NCBI GenBank assembly: GCA_965204725.1 | Contig: CBDBFD010000001.1 | Coordinates: 1-51,736, forward strand | DNA: 51,736 bases | Origin: Candidatus Latescibacterota bacterium | GTDB lineage: Bacteria > Latescibacterota > UBA2968 > UBA8231 | Reading direction: 5' to 3' | Shown: positions 27,579 through 34,195 of the stretch, piece after piece | Layout: each line of letters starts with the position of its first letter | Position numbering within the stretch: position 1 is the stretch's first letter | The notes under the pieces: generated by a model | Databases searched by the model: none | What the model saw: only the letters and a program-made list of their open reading frames with translations | Told to the model about the DNA's origin: nothing | Translations under genes and position numbers: made by a program

Positions 27579-27764
27579 ATGGCTACACGGAAGGACGAAG
27601 TGAACTTGGGCTTCTATGTCTCGCGGGGCTTCGCTCAAGAGGTCAAGCGGGCGGCTAAACAGGTCGGTTGTACCAAGTCGCGCTTGCTGCGTAAAGCCTG
27701 CTTCGTAGGCTTGGAGCAAGCGAAGGGCTTGGTTGCCGCCGAGATCGCAAAGGAGCGTGTGTGA
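27579..27764 (+). CDS. Ribbon-helix-helix (CopG/Arc-like) regulator, 61 aa
   Basis: Beta strand VNLGFYV, helix, G.TKSRLLR; AAGGAGG RBS; first gene of the rightward arm. Confidence 0.65.
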   Translation: MATRKDEVNLGFYVSRGFAQEVKRAAKQVGCTKSRLLRKACFVGLEQAKGLVAAEIAKERV

Positions 27765-28234
27765 TGGCAGGTAAAAAGGTTTTTGAGCACGAAGGTATTA
27801 TCTTCCGCGAGCGCGATGCGGAGGAGGGTCTGGACGGCTCTAATCCTCCGGGGGCACTTGATGTGTATGTAGCGGTTGAGAACAAGGACGTGGACATTTG
27901 GTATGGGACTAAGGAGTTCCACTTCGCTTTTGTCTGTGTCCATGAGAGTGTTCAAGATAGGTGGGGGTCTATTTATTTCAAGGATGGAGACGGCTGGTAT
28001 GCTGACAACTTTGAGACTTTGGCGCATATCGCGGAGGGTGGCAAGCGGGGGGAAGGCGCGGCGTCTTTTGCTGATAAGGTTCGCGGCCGTGTGGAAGATG
28101 TCCACAAGAAGCTCGGTTGCTCCACTGAGTTCGCTATTCTTGTTACTCAGCTTGAGTGCGAACATTCGCACTATCCGTGCTCTACCTTTAGCGTAGAGGC
28201 ACGCCCACAAGGAGGCTTAGCATGCGCGATATAA
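27761..28234 (+). CDS. Hypothetical protein, ~157 aa
   Basis: AAGGAG RBS; overlaps the RHH stop; T-rich codon usage. Confidence 0.65.
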   Translation: MMAGKKVFEHEGIIFRERDAEEGLDGSNPPGALDVYVAVENKDVDIWYGTKEFHFAFVCVHESVQDRWGSIYFKDGDGWYADNFETLAHIAEGGKRGEGAASFADKVRGRVEDVHKKLGCSTEFAILVTQLECEHSHYPCSTFSVEARPQGGLACAI

Positions 28235-28320
28235 TCGGGCTAGTTTTATTCGGGGCGTCGGTGGGACTATTCATATTCGTCCTGCTGTCCAAGATTTGGA
28301 GGCTATCGCTATGTCCGTGA
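28222..28320 (+). CDS. 32-aa single-helix membrane peptide not in the ORF track
   Basis: AAGGAGG RBS; MRDIIGLVLFGASVGLFIFVLLSKIWRLSLCP. Confidence 0.55.
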   Translation: MRDIIGLVLFGASVGLFIFVLLSKIWRLSLCP

Positions 28321-28586
28321 CCTCGAAGCTGAAAGACGAACTGGCCCGGTGTCGGACGGCGTATACCGAGATGCTGGGCGAGAAGCAGCGGCTGGCCGAT
28401 CATTGGGCCAAGACCGAGTCCGATAAATGGCGGGCCGTGGGCGAGCGCGACGAGGCGCGACGGCAGGCCAAGCACAACCGCCGACTGGCGGATGGGTATC
28501 GGCGGCAGCGCGACAGGGAGCGTGCGCGGGTCGAGGAGTTGGAGCGGGAGCTTGAGGCGTTGGGCGGGGCCAGTGTGGTGGCGTGA
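28311..28586 (+). CDS. Coiled-coil hypothetical protein (MSVTSKL)
   Basis: GGAGG RBS; ERDEARR-type coiled coil. Confidence 0.65.
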   Translation: MSVTSKLKDELARCRTAYTEMLGEKQRLADHWAKTESDKWRAVGERDEARRQAKHNRRLADGYRRQRDRERARVEELERELEALGGASVVA

Positions 28587-29368
28587 TGGTCCGTTCCCTG
28601 CTCCAATATCCCGGGGGGAAATTTCGCGGTGTCCCCGCCCTCCTACCCTATATTCCACCGAGACGGCGGGTAGTATCGCCCTTCTTCGGCGGCGGCACTC
28701 TGGAGCTAGCACTAGAGCATCGGCGGCAACCCGTGCGCGGCTATGACCTGCTCGCGCCGCTGGTGTCGTTTTGGCAACACGCCATCCGGGATGCCGCCCA
28801 ACTAGCAGAGGAGGCGGCTCAATACTTGACGCTTGACAGACCGCAGTTCCAGCGATTACAGCAGAGCCTAATGAGCCTGACGGGTTTCGAGCAAGCAGTC
28901 GCCTTTTATGTCCTAAGCCGTACAGCGTTCAGCGGGATGGCGTTGTCGAGCGGGATGAGAGATAGGGGTGTGAGCAATCGTTTTACGCCCAGTATCTTGC
29001 GCTCACTGGCGGCGTTCCGCGCCCCCTTCCTTGAGGTCGAGCAAGCCGATTTTCGCGAGGTGATACCCGCGCATCCTCAAGACTTCCTGTTCTTGGACCC
29101 GCCCTACATGGTGAACACCAAGCTATACGGCTATCGCGGCGACCTGCACGACGGCTTTGACCACGAGGCCCTGTGGTGCCTCCTGTTGCGCCGGAGCGAT
29201 TGGGTGCTGACCTATAACGATTGCCCAGAGGTTCGCGCTCTGTATGCCGGATGCGCGATTGACAAGGTGTCTTGGTCGTATGGGATGAACCGCTCCAAGC
29301 AATCGTCCGAAGTGATTATCCGTCCGGCGGGCAGTGCGCCGCTGGCGAAACAAATGGAGCTATTCTAA
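28583..29368 (+). CDS. Dam-family (D12 class) N6-adenine DNA methyltransferase
   Basis: YPGGK, SPFFGGG and FLDPPY motifs. Confidence 0.92.
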   Translation: MMVRSLLQYPGGKFRGVPALLPYIPPRRRVVSPFFGGGTLELALEHRRQPVRGYDLLAPLVSFWQHAIRDAAQLAEEAAQYLTLDRPQFQRLQQSLMSLTGFEQAVAFYVLSRTAFSGMALSSGMRDRGVSNRFTPSILRSLAAFRAPFLEVEQADFREVIPAHPQDFLFLDPPYMVNTKLYGYRGDLHDGFDHEALWCLLLRRSDWVLTYNDCPEVRALYAGCAIDKVSWSYGMNRSKQSSEVIIRPAGSAPLAKQMELF

Positions 29369-29655
29369 TGGCCTCTCCCGTGCGGCTGCAACCGCCTCGC
29401 CGGTGCGGTGCGCCTGAGTGCGGCCAGTGGCTGCCGCGGGTGAGGGCGTATAATCGCGCCTACTGCAATCACCAGTGTCGGGCGCGGGCGTGCCGTGCGC
29501 GGTTTGGGGCGCGCTATCTGACGGAGGTGCAAACGCGGTCGCGCCGGACGCGGTCGCAACGGCTGGCGCGGGAGAATGCGGAGCTGCGGCGGCGTCTGGC
29601 GGGGCAGGCGGCCGTCACCCCACAGTCAAAACAACCCAACCCAACGGAGGACTAG
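29368..29655 (+). CDS. Zinc-finger protein (MASPVRL)
   Basis: C-x4-C...YC-x3-CR; TAATG overlap with the upstream stop. Confidence 0.65.
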   Translation: MASPVRLQPPRRCGAPECGQWLPRVRAYNRAYCNHQCRARACRARFGARYLTEVQTRSRRTRSQRLARENAELRRRLAGQAAVTPQSKQPNPTED

Positions 29656-29656
29656 T

Positions 29657-29875
29657 ATGACCTATCCCAGCAAGCCCATCCACGAGCAGCCCGACGACGT
29701 CTCGGCGGAACAGGCCGCGGCGAACTATCGGGCGTTGCGTTTTTTAACAAACCAGGGCTACGCCCCGACACAGGAGACCATCGACAAGGTCGAGCGGCAG
29801 ATGGACCGGTCGTCGCCGCCGATGGTGCCGCCCCGCGTCCGGGGGAATGTCAAGCGTCGCGGGCGGCCGCAGTGA
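29657..29875 (+). CDS. Hypothetical protein, 72 aa (MTYPSK)
   Basis: GGAGG RBS before ATG 29657. Confidence 0.6.
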   Translation: MTYPSKPIHEQPDDVSAEQAAANYRALRFLTNQGYAPTQETIDKVERQMDRSSPPMVPPRVRGNVKRRGRPQ

Positions 29876-30738
29876 TGCCTAAGCCGCTGGCCGCATTCCC
29901 GTATCTCGGTGGAAAATCCTGGCACAATGTTCGCCAAATCGGGCCGTGGGTCGCCGCCCATTTACCGATGCGGAAGGGGTATTGTGAGCCGATGGGAGGC
30001 ATGGCCTCCGTCTTGCTGAACCGCCCCCGCGCCCGGCAGGAGATCCTCAACGACGCCAACGAGCATATCGTCTGTTGGTGGCGGGCGGTTAGGGACCAGC
30101 CAGAGGAGCTCAAATACCAACTTGAGCACACGCCCTATTCAGAGGCTGAATACCTGCGGGCGGTTCGCGCCGTGCGTGACAACGACCACGAGAGCGACCT
30201 GGCGAAAGCGCGGGATGCGGCTATCTGCTTGTGGCAAAGTTACGGTAGGACGATAAGCGGCAAGCATGAAGGTTGGAACAAACCGAAAGAGGGGGGATGG
30301 GCCAAGCCCGATGTATATGGCTCTCGGCGGCAAGACACCTTACCTGATATAGACGCCCTTGCTGACCGCCTCCGTGACGTGCGCCTGTTCTGCCGCGATG
30401 CGTTGGACGTGCTGGAGTATTTGGAGCGGTATGACTACTTGACGATATACCTTGACCCACCCTACGATGTGGATTGTTCGGCGGGCTATGGCCACACAAT
30501 CGACAGAGACGCCCTGTACGCCGCTCTGCTGCGTCAGAAGAACGCCTGTGCTATCAGTGGGTATGATGGCGAGTGGGACGCCCTGTTGGGCGAGGGGTGG
30601 CACAAGGACACACTGGGGATAAATATGTCGTTTGTGAATGTCGCTGATAGTGGTGTGCGTGAGGACAAGAGCCGCACGGAAGCCCTATATATGAACTACG
30701 AGTCGCCGGGCGTCCGCACTGGAGACCTGTTCGCATGA
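29872..30738 (+). CDS. Second Dam-family (D12 class) N6-adenine DNA methyltransferase
   Basis: YLGGK, EPMGGMASV, EILND and YLDPPY motifs. Confidence 0.92.
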   Translation: MMPKPLAAFPYLGGKSWHNVRQIGPWVAAHLPMRKGYCEPMGGMASVLLNRPRARQEILNDANEHIVCWWRAVRDQPEELKYQLEHTPYSEAEYLRAVRAVRDNDHESDLAKARDAAICLWQSYGRTISGKHEGWNKPKEGGWAKPDVYGSRRQDTLPDIDALADRLRDVRLFCRDALDVLEYLERYDYLTIYLDPPYDVDCSAGYGHTIDRDALYAALLRQKNACAISGYDGEWDALLGEGWHKDTLGINMSFVNVADSGVREDKSRTEALYMNYESPGVRTGDLFA

Positions 30739-31517
30739 CCGGCGGGGGGCAGATCATCACCGGCGACTGCGCTGCGGTCATGGACGGCCTCGATCCGGGG
30801 AGTGTGGATATGGTGCTGACCTCACCGCCCTACGATGCCCTGCGTGACTACCACGGCTACGAGTTCGACTTCGACCGCATCGCCGCCGGGCTGTACCATG
30901 TTCTCAAGGAAGGGGGCGTTGCCGTGTGGGTGGTAGGCGACCAGATCAATGGCGGATGGTCGGGCACGAGCTTCGAGCAGGCCCTGCGGTTCAAACAGAT
31001 CGGTTTCCGGCTGCATGATGTAATGATCTACGAGAAGATCAACACGCCCTTCCAGCGAGGCAACGCCTATACGCCCAGCTATGAGCTTATGCTGGTGTTG
31101 TCTAAGGGTGCGCCCAAGACCTTCCATCCGCTCAAGGAGCGCACCCAGCGGCAGGGCAGGGAGACGGCCGTCTATGGCAAGGGTGCGGATGGCGACAACA
31201 GTAAGCGGCGCGCCGTAGAGCTAGGCGAATGGAAGGTGCGCGGCAACATCTGGCGATACGCCGTTGGGCAGGGCGGAACCACAAAGGACGCCTACGCCTT
31301 TCAGCACCCGGCGATGTTCCCTGAGAAGCTGGCGCGCGATCATATTGAGAGTTGGACCAACCCCGGCGACCTTGTGCTTGATCCCATGTGCGGCGCAGGT
31401 ACGACGCCCAAGATGGCCAAGCGGCTGGGGCGTCGCTGGCTCGGCATTGAGATCAGCCCTGAGTATGCCGCGCTTGCTCGTCAGCGGGTGGCCGCGCAGA
31501 CGGAGAGCCTATTCTAA
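30735..31517 (+). CDS. Beta-class N4-cytosine/N6-adenine DNA methyltransferase
   Basis: TSPPY precedes HPAMFP and LDPMCGAGTT (SAM-binding); GIEIS. Confidence 0.92.
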   Translation: MTGGGQIITGDCAAVMDGLDPGSVDMVLTSPPYDALRDYHGYEFDFDRIAAGLYHVLKEGGVAVWVVGDQINGGWSGTSFEQALRFKQIGFRLHDVMIYEKINTPFQRGNAYTPSYELMLVLSKGAPKTFHPLKERTQRQGRETAVYGKGADGDNSKRRAVELGEWKVRGNIWRYAVGQGGTTKDAYAFQHPAMFPEKLARDHIESWTNPGDLVLDPMCGAGTTPKMAKRLGRRWLGIEISPEYAALARQRVAAQTESLF

Positions 31518-31649
31518 TTCTACTGGCCGGCCCCGCGTGTGAACGCCCCGGCCCCGCGCGGGATCGTCCCGCGCCGCATCGGAAGGGCGGGGCAACGATG
31601 CGGGCCTTTTCCCTGAACCTGAACCTGAACCTTTGACAGGAGAGTGATT

Positions 31650-32318
31650 ATGTCTAAAGACACGCGCCCCCTAGCGCCGTCCCAGCGCGGGCGCATCGTC
31701 GTTGTCCACCGGATGCAGCAACGCTCCTACTACGGGATGGGCAACCGTGCGACGGAGCGGTATCAACTGGCGCGGGTGCTCAAGGCCCGGCTCGATGGGC
31801 AGGCTACCCACTTTGTGCTGGGCAAGCCTCGCACGGAGGCTGGCGCGGGTGCGTTGCCGCGCCAGTTGAATGACCTGTTCCCGCTGGGCCGCCCGCGGCG
31901 CTCAGACGAATGGGCTCCGCTGGGTATCCAGAAGGTCTGGACGATCCCAGCGGCGATGGAGGAGCCGGCGGCGGTGGTACTAGGCGACACGGAGTATGAC
32001 ACGCTCGACGCAATTCGAACGGCTATTGCGAACATCAACCACAACCACAATCATCACCTGAACCTGAACCTGAGAAAGGAGACTACGATGGCAATCACGC
32101 ATGGCCCCACCCATTATTTCAAGCACCCATCGGGCTACGACCTCGAAGCTGCGGCGATCCCCGGTGGCCCCTACGCGCCCGGCTGGTACTATTGGGAGGG
32201 GCACCCCGGCAAGAAGATTGGCGAGCTATCGACCCTTGCGCCGGTAGGGCCATTTGAGAGCAATGACGCGGCGATGGCCGCGCACCGGGCGGCGGTCGCG
32301 GAGACGGAGGTGGCGTGA
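31650..32318 (+). CDS. Hypothetical protein with a probable in-frame internal gene from 32088 (MAITHG)
   Basis: AGGAG RBS before 31650; second AAGGAG RBS before ATG 32088, after a low-complexity linker. Confidence 0.6.
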   Translation: MSKDTRPLAPSQRGRIVVVHRMQQRSYYGMGNRATERYQLARVLKARLDGQATHFVLGKPRTEAGAGALPRQLNDLFPLGRPRRSDEWAPLGIQKVWTIPAAMEEPAAVVLGDTEYDTLDAIRTAIANINHNHNHHLNLNLRKETTMAITHGPTHYFKHPSGYDLEAAAIPGGPYAPGWYYWEGHPGKKIGELSTLAPVGPFESNDAAMAAHRAAVAETEVA

Positions 32319-32611
32319 TGGCCGCCGACCGCGATCACGACCAGCCGCAGCCGCACCCCATCCACCTGAACCGCCTCGCCGCGACCGCGCCGCTCAACGG
32401 CAAGCATATCCCGCGGACGACGCGCATGGTGGCGATCCCGCAGAATGTCGATGAGGCTATTGGCAACCTCGCCCGGGCGAATGGTATCAGCCACAACCAA
32501 GCCCTCGTCGAGCTACTAGTCCACGCGCTGATTGACTTGCAGCGGCAGGCGGCGGCGGCGGCGGATGCTGAGGCGGATAAACCCGATCCCTATGAAGGAG
32601 GCGACCTATGA
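32315..32611 (+). CDS. Hypothetical protein, possibly RHH-like DNA binding
   Basis: RMVAIP..VDEAI..LA..NGIS.N..L..LL pattern; GGAGG RBS. Confidence 0.55.
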   Translation: MMAADRDHDQPQPHPIHLNRLAATAPLNGKHIPRTTRMVAIPQNVDEAIGNLARANGISHNQALVELLVHALIDLQRQAAAAADAEADKPDPYEGGDL

Positions 32612-32881
32612 CCACACCCACGACACCCACCACACCCGCGACGGCCGCGCTGGAGCGTATCGCCGAGGCGGTCGTGGCCGCGTCGCGCGAACTACAGGAG
32701 CTCGACCTCCATCCCGGCCTCGCCATGCAGCAGCGGCGCGCGGTCGAGATCCTGCGCGGCCGCGGCAGCTACCGCACGGGCCTGTGCTGGCGGCTGGAGC
32801 ACCTCTACATGGAGAGCCAGCGGCTGGATGGCGCGGACGGCGCGGATAAACCCGACCCCTATGAAGGAGGCGAGCTATGAC
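32573..32881 (+). repeat. 40-bp direct repeat pair at gene junctions (32573-32612 and 32842-32881)
   Basis: gcggataaacccga(t/c)ccctatgaaggaggcga(c/g)ctatgac, two mismatches; contains the RBS and an ATGA stop/start overlap. Confidence 0.9.
32608..32880 (+). CDS. Hypothetical protein, 90 aa, flanked by the 40-bp repeats
   Basis: AAGGAGG RBS; ATGA overlaps at both ends. Confidence 0.7.
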   Translation: MTTPTTPTTPATAALERIAEAVVAASRELQELDLHPGLAMQQRRAVEILRGRGSYRTGLCWRLEHLYMESQRLDGADGADKPDPYEGGEL

Positions 32882-33707
32882 TATGAACCGGAACCGGAAC
32901 CGACCTGACAAGCACCCTTTTTCCCTCTCCGCGCTGGTGGCGTCGAAGCTGTGGCGGCTGGCGGCGTGTGGCTGTGTGGCCGCGCTGGTGGCCGCTGGGA
33001 CGGGGTGTCAGGGGGACGCGGGGGCGGATGTAGCACCTGATAGCTGGGGTAGCGTCAAGGCGCGTCTCGCGCCGTTACAGGATGCCTCAGCCAATGCTAC
33101 GCAGGTCAAGGCCACGCACGACAGCACAACCTACTGTTTCTCAGGCGAGAGCGCGGACGATCTGCGCTCGTGGGAATGTGGAGGCTATCCAACGGCGGCA
33201 AAGGCGGTGGCTGACCCATTCAACATCACCCTCGACTACACACCCACAGCTTTCACTGGCCAGTTTGGAGGCGGCCCCGCTTTTGCTCCCGCCGACACCG
33301 CGGCAATCAATCGCGCCGCCCGCCGCTGGGAGGCGGTCGTAGTGGGTGGCTTCCCCGACACGCTGGGCACGGATGACCTGTTGGTTGAGGTCTATGCCAG
33401 CGCACGTCCACACCGTCCCACGAGCGAGGGCTGGCACTCGCCGCATGACATCCATCGAGGGACACAGGTGTCCTTCTTTGGTATGGTTAGCTTCGTCCAC
33501 CGGGCAGGTGATGACTACATGGGCACGGACCGCATGTATCAGGTTGCACTCCACGAGCTTGGCCATGCGTTGGGGTTAGACCACCGGACTGAGAAGGGCG
33601 GCGTTATGCACATCACGGACTGGTTCTACACGGATACCATCACCCGCGCCGAAGGGGAGGCATTAGTGGCGATGGGACACACAGTTGATTGGGATGCGCT
33701 CGATTGA
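32877..33707 (+). CDS. Putative lipoprotein metzincin (matrixin-like) zinc metalloprotease, 276 aa
   Basis: Signal-like segment ending GTGC; HELGHALGLDH (HExxHxxGxxH) and a GVM Met-turn. Confidence 0.85.
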   Translation: MTMNRNRNRPDKHPFSLSALVASKLWRLAACGCVAALVAAGTGCQGDAGADVAPDSWGSVKARLAPLQDASANATQVKATHDSTTYCFSGESADDLRSWECGGYPTAAKAVADPFNITLDYTPTAFTGQFGGGPAFAPADTAAINRAARRWEAVVVGGFPDTLGTDDLLVEVYASARPHRPTSEGWHSPHDIHRGTQVSFFGMVSFVHRAGDDYMGTDRMYQVALHELGHALGLDHRTEKGGVMHITDWFYTDTITRAEGEALVAMGHTVDWDALD

Positions 33708-33734
33708 CCTCCCCGCCCTACCCGCGCTAACCAC

Positions 33735-33788
33735 ACAAATAGCCCCGCTGCCGATGGTGTCAATGCCGTCAGCAGCGGGGCTATTTGT
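33735..33788. terminator. Bidirectional terminator-like hairpin between the convergent arms
   Basis: 17-bp perfect inverted repeat acaaatagccccgctgc / gcagcggggctatttgt. Confidence 0.75.
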
Positions 33789-33849
33789 CTTGTGTCAGGT
33801 AGCACCCTTCCCCAAGAGCAACTACCCGCGTTATAGGGGGACGCTCCCC

Positions 33850-34149
33850 CTATTCCGTGTCGCCCTCCCCTTCCCCGCCGTCCTGCTCGCCCTCGCCATC
33901 GCCCTCCTCCTCGCCCTCGACCGGCGGGTCGATAATATCCGACACCTCGCGCTTGAGGTTGGCGAGCTCGGCGGGCGGCGACCCATCCTCGGTGGTGCCG
34001 TTGATGGTCCATCCCCCGGCGTCGGCGGTGGCTTGTACGGCGCGGGCGGTGGCGAGGCACTCCTGCGCGGGGCCGCGCGCCTCGACGATATACTCCTCGA
34101 CCGTGCCGTCGGCGGTGGTGCGGGAGGTGCTGAAGATGATCTGGAACAT
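33850..34149 (-). CDS. 99-aa protein with an acidic tail, last gene of the tail operon (MFQIIFS)
   Basis: AAGGAG RBS before ATG 34149; E/G/D-rich C-terminus. Confidence 0.7.
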   Translation of the reverse strand: MFQIIFSTSRTTADGTVEEYIVEARGPAQECLATARAVQATADAGGWTINGTTEDGSPPAELANLKREVSDIIDPPVEGEEEGDGEGEQDGGEGEGDTE

Positions 34150-34159
34150 GGTAGGCTCC

Positions 34160-34195
34160 TTAGTGGGTGATTTAGTTGGTGATTTAGTTGGTGAT
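34160..34195. repeat. 12-bp tandem repeat x3 spanning the tail-tip stop and the next RBS
   Basis: ttagt(g/t)ggtgat x3. Confidence 0.85.

Noticed and set aside
28583-31517. Restriction-modification system
   Set aside because: No endonuclease-like ORF recognised; the MTases appear to be orphans.
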